A stretch of 64,000 nt of DNA from Macrostomum hystrix (Eukaryota > Animalia > Platyhelminthes), in the NCBI GenBank assembly GCA_950097015.1, contig CATNEN010000039.1:11966001-12030000 (forward strand), in the 5' to 3' direction. Shown here piece after piece: positions 36,601 through 47,177 of this stretch (position 1 is the first letter of the stretch; each line of letters starts with the position of its first letter). Under the pieces are notes generated by a model, which was not told the origin of the DNA, searched no databases, and saw nothing but the letters and a program-made list of their open reading frames with translations. The translations under genes were made by a program, and so were the position numbers.

Positions 36601-38053
36601 TCCGCATAGTCCGGAACGGCCGCCCTTCCCCTCTACTGCCGCCACGTCGTCCAAACTCATGACTGCTGTTCGCAGTCTACACCGCCTCAGCTGTTCCACC
36701 GCCGCTAGCGTTAATCGAACACTCGGCCTGGCCTTCGTCAGCTCGCGCTGGCACCCACATCTGCTTCGCGGCCTACTCGGACCAAACGCCAGACTGTCTG
36801 CTCACGCCGCCGTCATTGTCGACTTGGCCGACGGCGGCGGCTCCGCCACCCGGCTGAACGGACCAGTCAATCTGGCTAGCTTAGTGCAATTCCTTCTGCG
36901 CCATCACGCCGGCCAGCTCCGACCGTTTCGCCGTCCTCCGACGCCGCCGACGCCGCCACTGCGCACTGTCGCTGCCGTTGACTTCCCGGTGACCCTGACT
37001 GCCGCCAGCTTGCCCGCATTCGCTTTGAATGCCAGCCGCGACACTCTAGTCCTGTTTCATTCGCCCGCCTGCATCTACTGTGCGCCCTTTGTTGCTATGG
37101 CAACTCGCATATCGCTCAGTCTAGGCCACCGGCTACCAGTTGGCGCCATCGACGTTTCCGCGAATGATCTGGACGCCACCTGGCGACCAGCTCGAGTGCC
37201 GGCACTGCTGCTCTTCCCAGCCGGCTCACAGGCCGATCCCGTGATCTACTCCGGCCCGGCCACCTCGGCCAGCCTGGTGGACTTCCTAACTAGGCACTCA
37301 TCGGCCTCCATCGGCCTTCGCGCCTGGGCCGGTCTGGCGCCCTGCCACGGTCAATGCCCGGCTCAACAGGTCGACCGGCTGGCTAAACACGTGCTTCGCC
37401 TGCAGGTAGATGGCGTGGGATCTGGGAGGTTCAATTGATTTGGGATCTTGATTCCGGAGGATTGATCGGGTTCTGTTTTGATTTACTTATGAATTCCGTG
37501 TTCCGTTGGTATTTAAATTTATTTGGGATTTTTCGTTTTTTATTTGGGATTCAGAGTTCGTTGGGATTTAGCATTTATGAGATTTCAGACTCATAAATGG
37601 GAATCCTATCCAGTTCTCCCATTTGAGGAATGGTTGTTGGCAACTATTGAGCACCGGTGTAGCCTATCCTCATCTTCATCAACTCAACAGACTCGCCTGG
37701 ACTCAGGCCTAGAGCTGGCCCAGTTTGCTGAGGAGCGACTAGCAGAAACTCGCTGGTCTCTTGGCCGCCTCATTGTGTCCAACTGGCTCCGGCTAGGCGC
37801 TCAACCGGATCGGCCGGCTTCTCCATCGGCTGACGCAGACATTCTGCGACTTCGGGCCGGAGCCTACAGTCGGGTGCTGAACAGGTGCCGAAGGCTGGTG
37901 AACGAGTGCGCGGCCAAGCGAGACCGCAGCCTTCAGCTGCTCATGCGAATGCGCCAAATGCTGACTGACAGTCTTGATAGCGGTGCCACCGAGGCCCAGA
38001 TCGACTGGCTGCGTCTAGCCGGCGAAACAGTTCAGAAAGTCTGGACTGATTGA
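30636..38053 (+). CDS. TXNDC11: Thioredoxin domain-containing protein 11-like, 6 exons, about 895 aa
   Basis: Exons 30636-30925, 32795-33036, 33938-34128, 35446-35643, 36002-37405, 37691-38053 with consistent phases. N-terminal TM anchor, first Trx fold LYAPWDAES...FAAVACW...EC...FP, second Trx fold LVLFHSPACIYC...IDVSANDL...VPALLLFPA, helical C-terminus. Orthology inferred from motif order. Confidence 0.75.
33207..33626. mobile_element. Non-autonomous hAT (Charlie-like) MITE carrying a 16-bp minisatellite
   Basis: TIRs CAGGGGTCGGCAAACT / AGTTTGCCTACCCCTG, subterminal GGCCCG motifs, perfect 8-bp TSD CTGTAGGG at 33199-33206 and 33627-33634. Confidence 0.9.
33704..33913 (+). mobile_element. 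Degenerate SINE family A copy
   Basis: GAGTGGCAGAG...GGCCAACCTCCAAGG...GCCCGCAGCCGTCCAGCAATAATTATT. Confidence 0.7.
34570..35190. repeat. 29-bp minisatellite in TXNDC11 intron 3
   Basis: Unit AGTAGTCGGTCATTACCCTTCACATTTCT. Confidence 0.93.
35658..35975. repeat. About 32-38-bp minisatellite filling TXNDC11 intron 4
   Basis: TTATCCCAATCCCAAT core reiterated with two spacer types. Confidence 0.88.
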
Positions 38054-38089
38054 CATCTTCGGACATTTGGCATAACTAGATTTGATTCT

Positions 38090-38612
38090 GAGATCGGTAG
38101 ATCCGAGTTGTAAATAAGCTATTAAGTTATTTCAAGTAGATCACAAGTTATAGATTAGGCAGATTTAAAATGCAGATTGGTAGATCCAAGTTGCAGATTG
38201 GTAGATCCAAGTTGCAGATTGCTAGATCCAAGTTGCAGATTGGTAGATCCAAGTTGCAGATTGCTAGATCCAAGTTGCAGATTGCTAGATCCAAGTTGCA
38301 GATTAGTAGATTCAAGTTGCAGAGTGGTAGGTAGATTCAAAATTCAAATTAGTAGTTCCAAGTTGCAGATTGGTAGTTCCAAGTTGCAGATTGGTAGATG
38401 CAAGTTGCAGATTGGTAGATGCAAGTTGCAGATTGGTAGATCCAAGTTGCAGATTAGTAGATTCAAGTTGCAGATTGGTAGATCCAAGTTGCAGATTGGT
38501 AGTTCCAAGTTGCAGATTAGTAGATCCAAGTTGCAGATTGGTAGATTCAAAATGCAGATTGGAACACTTAAGTTGCAGATTGGAACATCCAAGTTGCAGA
38601 TTGGCAGATTCA
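38090..38612. repeat. 21-bp minisatellite immediately 3' of the TXNDC11 stop
   Basis: Unit GTTGCAGATTGGTAGATCCAA. Confidence 0.92.
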
Positions 38613-39208
38613 ATTTCAAGGATCCAAAAATAGAATTGCGGACAAGTTTGATGTATCGGCTAGTTGTTATGCTTAACTTCCATTCACTGTGATTTAACAA
38701 GGTGTGCAATATGCCAATATATGTAATTGAATGATACAGTATAGATTGCAAACTGTCTGACTGTTCCAATGTGCAACTGGTGTGTTTTAATGGTGCTCAT
38801 TGTGAACTGTTCCATGGTCTCAGCTAGAAAAACTGATTTGTGCCAAAGCTCAAGTGTTCTTTGAGTTCAAATAAAGTGAATTAATTATGCGGATTCATTT
38901 GGTGTCAGTTTTTTCATTTGCCTCCCGCTGTTTCTGTGTCTGTCGTTCTACTCTTAGTAGTTAGTCTGCCCCTATAGCTGATGATATCCCTATTCCTAAC
39001 ACCTTGATTTACTATCTCTGTTGATTTCTTAAACAAAAGCAAGGATCCCATAAGATAATAGACGCGTGTTTTCATTTTATTTTTTTGTTTTAATTGCCTT
39101 ACTTGTTAGTAGGAATGACGTCTAACTGTTTGTCTCTTGGCTTTGTCTCTATTTTTTTCTTTTTTATTTATGCTTACAGTGCGGATGCTATCAAGGCCTC
39201 TGAAATAT

Positions 39209-39860
39209 ACTTAAGGGTTACTTTCCATTATCCTTAAGGTTTACTTTCCATTATCCTTAAGGGTTACTTTCCATTATCCTTAAGGGTTACTTTCCATTAT
39301 CCTTAAGGGTTACTTTCCATTATCCTTAAGGGTTACTTTCCATTATCCTTAAGGGTTACTTTCCATTATCCTTAAGGTTTACTTTCCATTATCCTTAAGG
39401 GTTACTTTCCATTATCCTTAAGGGTTACTTTCCATTATCCTTAAGGGTTACTTTCCATTATCCTTCAGGGTTAGTTTCCAGGATCCTTCAGGGTTATTTT
39501 CCACGATCCTTCAGGGTTAGTTTCCAGGATCCTTCAGGGTTTTGTTTCCAGGATCACTCAGGGTTAGTTTCCAGGATCCTTCAGGGTTAGTTTCCTGGAT
39601 CCTTCAGGGTTAGTTTCCTGGATCCTACAGGGTTAGTTTCCTGGATCCTTCAGGGTAAGTTTCCTGGATCCTTCAGGGTTAGTTTCCTGGATCCTTCAGG
39701 GTTAGTTTCCTAGATCCTTCAGGGTTAGTTTCCTGGATCCTTCAGGGTTAGTTTCCTGGATCCTTCAGGGTTAGTTTCCAGGATCCTTCAGGGTTAGTTT
39801 CCAGGATCCTTCAGGGTTAGTTTCCAGGATCCTTCAGGGTTAGTTTCCAGGATCCTTCAG
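39209..39860. repeat. 23-bp minisatellite with polar unit change, upstream of U1-C
   Basis: CCTTAAGGGTTACTTTCCATTAT on the left grading into CCTTCAGGGTTAGTTTCC(A/T)GGAT on the right. Confidence 0.95.
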
Positions 39861-39925
39861 GACCAAGAAACCAGATCCTTCTTGTGCCGCACATTGCAGC
39901 AGATCGCAGACCTCAGTCCGCTCCG

Positions 39926-40495
39926 ATGCCGAAATTCTACTGCGACTATTGCGACACATTCTTGACGCACGACTCTCGCTCGGTGCGCAAAACGCACTGC
40001 GGGGGCCGGCACCACAGGGACGCTGTGCGCATGTACTATCAGAAGTGGCTGGAGGAGCAGGTTCAGAAGCTCGTGGACAACACCACCGCCGCGTTCAAAT
40101 CCAGCTCCGGCGCTGCAGCTGGTGGCGCTTTCGGCCGGCCCGGCCGCGGACCGCCAATGTCGATGCCACCGCCGCCCTCCGGTTATCTGCATCACGGCCC
40201 GCCGCCGCCTCTGCCGCCGAACTCGCAGCAGCCGCCGATGCATCGCGGCGGTCCGCACTCCGGCGCGATGATTCCGCCGCCAATGGGACTTGGCCATCAC
40301 CAGCCGCCGCATCATCATCCGTATGGCGGAGGCCCGCCGCCTGGCTTCCGCGGACCGCCCGGCCCGCCGCCTCCGTCTGGCGTGGCCGGCGGCGGACTGG
40401 CCATTGCGGCTCCGCGCGTCCCGCCGATGGTGGCGCCGCCGCGGGGCCTGCCGCCCAGGCCCCCGATGGGCATGCCGCCGCACGGCCTGCGTTAG
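39926..40495 (+). CDS. SNRPC: U1 snRNP protein C, intronless, 189 aa
   Basis: [41 protein letters not shown] matrin-type zinc finger plus a Pro/Gly/Met-rich tail; the true ATG is at 39926. Confidence 0.95.
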   Translation: MPKFYCDYCDTFLTHDSRSVRKTHCGGRHHRDAVRMYYQKWLEEQVQKLVDNTTAAFKSSSGAAAGGAFGRPGRGPPMSMPPPPSGYLHHGPPPPLPPNSQQPPMHRGGPHSGAMIPPPMGLGHHQPPHHHPYGGGPPPGFRGPPGPPPPSGVAGGGLAIAAPRVPPMVAPPRGLPPRPPMGMPPHGLR

Positions 40496-40574
40496 GCGTC
40501 CAGAAACCTGTCTGGGTGCTGGAGATTGGGGACGTGTACGAACTTGTTTATAAGATAAACGTTGCTTCAGATGA

Positions 40575-40830
40575 CTCTCGTTGATGTAAACAACGATCTT
40601 TGTCGCTATGGACAACATTCTTGGTTTCCATGGACAACAATATTTGTTGTTATTGACACTAAGCCTTGTTATTGACTAAAATCTTTGTTGTTATTGACAA
40701 CAATCTTTGTTGCTATGGATAACAATTTTGTTGCTATTGGCAGCAATCTTTGTTGCTAAGGCCAAAGATCTTTGTTGTTAAGGACGCCAATCTTTGTTGT
40801 TATAGACAACAAACTTCATTGCTATGGGCA
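40575..40830. repeat. Degenerate, approximately 22-bp minisatellite 3' of U1-C
   Basis: GACAACAATCTTTGTTGCTATG-like units. Confidence 0.75.
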
Positions 40831-41424
40831 ATGGTCTTCGTTTCCAGGGTACTTTACGGTATACGATTTTCTTCGCTAATTAGGAAGATTAGTAACCACT
40901 AGGAAGATTAGTAACCACTACTGTCAAAATTTAAATCATCACCAATCAGTAACAGAAAACATTTATCACCATTTTTTTGGTTGCAAATTTGGCCTATATT
41001 GCGATTCGGATAGTTTAATCAAGTTTTCTGACTTAAAATTAATATGTTATTTGTGCACTTTCTATTAATTATTATCCATGCGTTCATTTTTACATTTTTT
41101 AAAGTTAAGACATAACATTGTATTGTATTTTGAAAACACCAAATTTTGGCTTTTATAAACTAACTTTATGTGCATGAAGTTTATGTTTAAAATCGAGAGA
41201 ACTTTAAAGTTTTCCAAACAATATTTATGTTCATATTCTGTCTGTTAAATAAATACCTGTAATTACCTTACTAAACTGCTCGTTTAGTACTATGTTTGTC
41301 ACGACTCAGCTAATGAAATCTAAAATTTACTATATAGCATATAATGATTTCACTTCCCATTTGCTGGTCTGAATCCGGTTGCATTTCATTGGCACCCTCC
41401 AGGTCCTAATTTGTCACCCTCCTG

Positions 41425-41845
41425 GACCTCAGGTTCAACTATCATTCTCCCAAACCCCTCCTAGACCTCAGCTTCAACTATCATTCTCCCAAACCCCTCC
41501 TAGACCCTCAGCTTCAACTATCAGTCTCCCAAACCCCTCCTAGACCTCAGCTTCAACTATCAGTCTCCCAAACCCCTCCTAGACCTCAGCTTCAACTATC
41601 AGTCTCCCAAACCCCTCCTAGACCTCAGCTTCAACTATCAGTCTCCCAAACCCCTCCTAGACCTCAGCTTCAACTATCATTCTCCCAAACCCCTCCTAGC
41701 CCCTTAGCTTCAACTATCATTCTCCCAAACCCCTCCTAGACCTCAGCTTCAACTATCAGTCTCCCAAACCCCTCCTAGACCTCAGCTTCAACTATCAGTC
41801 TCCCAAACCCCTTCCCAGATCCTCAGCTTTAACTATCAGTACCCA
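41425..41845. repeat. 39-bp pyrimidine-rich minisatellite upstream of RPL22
   Basis: Unit CCTCAGCTTCAACTATCAGTCTCCCAAACCCCTCCTAGA. Confidence 0.95.
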
Positions 41846-41911
41846 AATCCCATCCCTGATCCTCTTGACCCCAGCTCTAACTCCCTCCTATTTTGCCCAT
41901 CTTCAGCAGCC

Positions 41912-42298
41912 ATGCCGAAGGTGCCACGTCGGTCCAACCTGAAGGGCAAGAAGAAGAGGCAGACTATCAAGTTCGTGCTGGACTGCACCCACCCTGTCGA
42001 GGATGGCATTATGGACGTGGCCAGCTTTGAGAAGTTTCTAACTGAGCGCATCAAGGTGCAGGGCAAGACTAACAATTTGCAGAATCTGGTCTCAGTTGCG
42101 CGGGACAAAAGCAAAGTGGTAGTCTCAGCTGAGATACCATTCTCCAAGCGCTACCTAAAGTACCTGACAAAGAAGTACCTGAAGAAGAATTCCCTTCGCG
42201 ACTGGCTCCGAGTTGTGGCCTCCAACCGGGAGACCTTCGAGCTGCGCTACTTCAACATCAATAGCGAGGACGCTGACGAAGATGCCGCTGAAGACTAA
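41912..42298 (+). CDS. RPL22: 60S ribosomal protein L22 (eL22), intronless
   Basis: [16 protein letters not shown]...[18 protein letters not shown]...[29 protein letters not shown]...FELRYFNI. Confidence 0.96.
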   Translation: MPKVPRRSNLKGKKKRQTIKFVLDCTHPVEDGIMDVASFEKFLTERIKVQGKTNNLQNLVSVARDKSKVVVSAEIPFSKRYLKYLTKKYLKKNSLRDWLRVVASNRETFELRYFNINSEDADEDAAED

Positions 42299-43170
42299 GT
42301 GTGGACTCTGACTGCGACTGTGTTGTTAGTTAGTTAGTTAGCCTGTTTCAAATTGAATACAAGCCGTATTTTGAGGCGCTATCGGCCCCCCGTTTGGTGC
42401 TTGAGCTTGGAAGGATGGCGGTGGATTAAATTCTAGCCGGTTGTCTTCGATTGACTTCACATTTTTTGCGATAACTCATTCGGCGAGTTTCAGTCGATCA
42501 ATTTGTCTGTAAAAGACAGCTCTCTGCCTCTTTGACGATGTTACCATTGGATGACAGAACGGATGCGAGACAGTGAAGCTGGCAGAATAAAAGCCACCGT
42601 TTTACGTCTTTCAGCAGAATTTTTTAGTCTATGGTCAATTAGCCGATTCTTAGCCAATAGATTTGAAGCTAATGGACTCTAATCGATCAACGATGAGCCG
42701 CCACCTGAAGTGCCACCGCCTCGTGTTGACATCAGTTGGTATTTAGGCGCTAATTCTGGGTAGAATTTGAGCTGAACTATTTCGATTAAATTGAATGGTT
42801 TCTTGACTAAATTTGCTGGCTATTTGAAGCGCGTATGATTGCTTTGACAGTTTATCAGTGATGGGATTAAATGGAAGCCTTCTATATAATGATTCATCCG
42901 GGATATGAATATAGAATTTTTCTGTCGATGTGTTGCCATGTGTTGCCTAACAGTATCTACTAATTACCAAAACGCAAAATTAAAACTCTAGGAGAGCTTT
43001 AAACCATTTTGTTAAGAGTTGATATTCCTAATTGCCTAAGCCTAAAGCAGCTTTAAAGTTTATAATTAAAAACAAAGCCAGCCTATACCGTGCAAATATC
43101 TCTGCGTGATATTCCGCCTCCATTTAGCTGCAGCATTATAAATAATTCACGAACACAAGTAATTGGCTTA

Positions 43171-43345
43171 TCATCATTTGTGCGCTTCTGTGGCTGCACC
43201 ACCGCCCACGGACTCGGGCACTTCGCCGAGCAGTCCAACTTCATCGGCAGGCTGGTCTGGGTCACCTTCCTGATGGGCACGTACAGCGGGTTCGCCTATC
43301 ACGTGTACACCCTGTTCGACTGGTTCATCCAGGCACCCGTGCTTC
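43171..43345 (+). pseudogene. DEG/ENaC exon-1 fragment (pre-TM1 and TM1), near-identical to 50425-50597
   Basis: SSFVRFCGCTTAHGLGHFAEQSNFIGRLVWVTFLMGTYSGFAYHVYTLFDWFIQAPVL; no ATG, missense changes versus the intact copy (Y>C, R>H, R>W), truncated on both sides. Confidence 0.85.
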
Positions 43346-43432
43346 AAACATCTGCAGTTTCGGCACGCCATGCCATAATCTCCAGATTTCCTAGTGTGCA
43401 TATTCATTCACCATCAGGACTCCATCTTCCGC

Positions 43433-46400
43433 GGGGGGGGGCTGATGTAGTGACCTTAATTTGCAAAACTTCTGTACGATATTCAATTGACCTTCGAGAA
43501 CATTCTATACAGTACGAAAACATTGATTTCTAGAAAATTCTTCTAAATAGTACAAAAATCAACTTCGCATTTTTCTCAGAATATTCCTTTAGTACAATAA
43601 TTGCATAATTCACCATAAATTATTGTACTCGTATATCTAACACAAACTCTTAATGCGCTTGCATCTAATAATTAACAACAACAACAACAACAACAAAAGA
43701 CGCAAGCCCCAAACGTCAGGGGGCGGCGTCAAATGATGCGCCGCAGAGCCAGCGCGCGAACATGGTCCGCGCCGGTGGCAGTGTCGGGCGCCCTGGCGTC
43801 GCTCAGCAGGCAGTCGACGTAGCGGCGGGTCCGAGCCTGGCCGCGCCTGAACGGGCCCTGCAGGGTGAGCAGAAGGACGTCCTGGGCGGGCTGGCGGCAG
43901 TAGCTTTCGGCCCGAATGACGTGGCCCGCTAGTCGAAGTCGTCGCTGCAGCGCAGGATGGTGGACGGGCGTTGCAGCTGAGCTCTCTCGTACAGAGCCTC
44001 CGTCCCGACGCTCTCGTCAGCTTGAAAGGCCGCACGGAGCAGCCCCGAGTGCGCCGAGTCTAGCTGCCGCTCCAGCGTAGCCGTCAGCGTCCACGACTCG
44101 GCGTTGTACAGCAGGACGGTCTCGATCACCGCCTGCCACAGCCGAGCCCTCTGGCGGTCAGGCAGCGCTGTGGACTGGAGGACGGCCCGGATCGAACGGT
44201 AGGCCGCCCATGCGAGTCCTCTGCGCCGCCGGATGTCGTCTTCCACGTTGGGCACCAGACCGCCGAGGTAAGTGAAGCGCTGGCAGCGTGCGAGCGAGAT
44301 GATCTGCCCGTCTGCGCCGCGGCACGTCAGGTCCGCTGGGATGTCGGCCGGCACGGTCAGCACCTCGGTCTTAAGCGTGTTGATCACTAGGCCGACGCTT
44401 GATGCCACCTCAGCCAACCTGTCAATCTGGCGCTGGGCACCTTCGACAGTCGAGGACAGGAGGGCGAGGTCGTCGGCGTAGCCAAGCACACTGAGGCGCT
44501 TCTCATCGTGGCGGCGACCGATGCGTCTGCGTAGCAGGAAGCCGTCTTCAGCCGAGGGGAGCGCAGTCCGAAGCACCCAGTCCAGGAGAAGCACGAAGAG
44601 GAACGGGGCCAGCGTGTCGCCCTGCAGCAGTCCTGACGAGGTGGCAAACAGGTCGGACAGGCCGTCCGCCGTAACAACAGCAGCGCGCGTGTCGCGATAC
44701 AGCGACATGACAGCGGCGACTAGCTGCTCTGGGACCCGGTAGGCACGAAGGACTAGTGGAAGCGCGGCCCTCGACACCGAGTCAAACGCCTTGCGGAAGT
44801 CGACAAACACGACGATCAGCGTTGACTGGCGGATGCGCGCCTCCTCGATGACACGGCGGAGTGCGAGGATCTGGGTTACTGTACCGCGCTGTGGCCGGAA
44901 CCCGTTCTGCTCGTAACGGAGGTACGGGTCCAGCACCGACTGCAGGCGATCGAGAAGCAGTCGGTTGAAAAGCTTCGCGGTGCAGGACATAAGCGAGATC
45001 CCGCGGTGATCTTCTTTCCGCGTTGTCCCGGCCTTCTTCGGGATCGGCACGATGTGTGCTACGGTCCACTCGGTGGGCGCAGGGGCGCCGGCGAGCACGC
45101 GGTTCATGGTGCTTGTGACTTGGGAAGCCACACAGCGGAGCCGCAGCGCCTCGACCGGAACCTCGTCGGGGCCGAGCGCCTTGCCGCCAGATGTTCTCCG
45201 AGCGAACCGTACAACATCCTCCACAGTGACTGGGCTGGTGCGAAAATCCTCCTCAGCTGGCAGGGCCGTGTCCGTCGGCAGTGCGAAATTGGCTGGCAGC
45301 GGGGGCGAGGGCGCATTCACAATGCCGGCGAAGAAGTCGCGCAATTCATTCCTGCGCTCCTCCGGAGTGTCGCCGGCCAGATTTAGCGCCACACGCCTCT
45401 TGCGCCCCGTAAGGGTCCGAACGGCCGTCCACACTGCGCGGCTCCTCACGTCGGGGCCAGCTGCTGTGATGGACTGGATGGCGTCGTCGACTGCGGCCTG
45501 CTGCCGCGTGTCCAGAAGACGCGCGAGCGCCTCCTCGGCGTCACCAGTGGGCCGTCGGGATCTTCGGAGTCGCTCGATCTTTAGCCGCGCCTGCCTGATC
45601 GTTGGATCGCTCTGCCAGACTGGCTGCGTCCGCTCCGCTGGTCGCATCAGCGGGACCGTCTTCTCAGCTGCAGTTCTCACGGCAGTGCTGATGTCGGCGT
45701 ACTCCGCTTCGCGCTGGTTTCCAAGCGCGCCATCGAAGGCGCCCGCGAATTGGTACTTTACGCGGGGGTCCAACAAGGCACGATAGTAGCGCCGTGGCCG
45801 CTGCTTCGGAGGTCGGTAGAGCGGGTCTTTGAGCCGCAGGTCGCAGAGCAGGAGTCGGTGGTCAGACCGGAGAGCCAGCGGAGCCATGGTGTCGCAGTTG
45901 ATGACGCGGCGGTGCTCGCGAGCGCGGACCAGCACATGATCGAGTTGCGCCAGCCGCCTCGTGGCATTCCGCCCACGCGCGTTCCTTCGTCTCCTCTTGC
46001 AGCCCGCGAAGGTGACCAAGCGGGCCGGGGGCTTGCGGAAACGGGTGTTAATTGACATCAGGTCCAGCCGTTCTAGCAGGTCCTCCAGCGCATCCGTGTT
46101 GGCGTTCTCGCGTCCCGTGACGAAAGGCGATCGCTCGGACCTACGTGGAACTGCGTTTAGGTCTCCGAGCACCACCAGCGTGTCGCGGTTTGGCACGTCT
46201 TCCAGCTGTCCGGCCAGAAACTCGAAAAAGGCGAGAGCTTCATCCGGGTGGGCAGCCGTAGGGGCGTATGCGCAGAAGAGCCGGATGCAGCGAGCGCGCA
46301 GGCGCAGGTCAACCCGCAGCAGACGCGGGGAGAGTGGGGCGCAGTGCACGCTCTGCCGAAGGCGCGGTCCGATCAGCACGCCGACGCCGCCACGCCCGCG

Positions 46401-47019
46401 GCCGTCTGCCGACGTGTACAAGAGGCTCCATCCGGCTCCAAGGTCCTCATTTTGAAGGCCTGGCTCCGCCACAATAGAGACCTCCTGCAGCATTATGAGG
46501 TCCAGCTGTAGGTCGTGGGCCAGCTGGACGAGCAGAGTGCGACGCCAGGGGGCCTTCAGGGTCCGGCAGTTCAGCGTGCCGAGCCTGAGGCGACCACCTG
46601 GTACGGCTAGGGCCCGATGACGTTGGGCCTCACGGTCCCCGGCGCCACCCGGCGGATCCGATTCAGAAGCGGCAGAGACCGGGGGCGACTGGCGTCTTGA
46701 AGCACCGCGAAGTCGCCCACGCCGGTTGCGCTCACGTCGCCGCTCAGTGCGACGGTGTGCGCTGCGCTGTCCTCTGCTCGTCCCTGATGTGCCTATTTAA
46801 TTTAGGCAATCTAATAATTAATTGCCTAATTAAATTTGTTTTACCGTACAGTATATTTCTAGAAACTTCCGGAAACACTAAAATACATTGTAAATATACT
46901 GCACCCGATCCAGCAATATTCAAAGCTTTTCTGATCTCATACGAGACTCAATAAACAATACAAAAAACCACCGCCTAGCTCTTAATTACTCGCGAACTCG
47001 CGACCACAAAACTGCTACA
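43433..47019 (+). mobile_element. Putative PPT plus 3' LTR remnant (about 430 bp) interrupted by the RTE LINE
   Basis: G9 tract at 43433-43441, then TGTAG at 43446 ... CTACA ending at 47019 (inverted termini), AATAAA near 46950; the 3' part recurs at 50012-50164. Confidence 0.5.
43676..46808 (-). mobile_element. RTE-clade non-LTR retrotransposon, near full-length APE endonuclease plus RT
   Basis: Frame open from about 46795: GTLNCRTL...MLQE, AYAPT, LGDLNA, LDHVLV, SDH (APE); KALGPDEVP, FVDFRKAFDSV, GLLQGDTLAPFLF, GYADD, FTYLG (RT). Frameshift near 43950 with the tail RRLRLAGHVIR continuing to TGA at 43729. (TTG)n tail; 13-bp TSD ATCTAATAATTAA at 43663-43675 and 46809-46821. Confidence 0.95.
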
Positions 47020-47177
47020 ATACAACTTATTGTAATTGTATTAATATGAGTACAATTATTTAATACAACTTAATATAACAAAGCCAGCCTATACCGCGCA
47101 AATATCTCTGCGTGATATTCTGCCTCCATTTAGCTGCAGCATTATAAATAATTCACGAACACAAGTAATTGGCTTAT

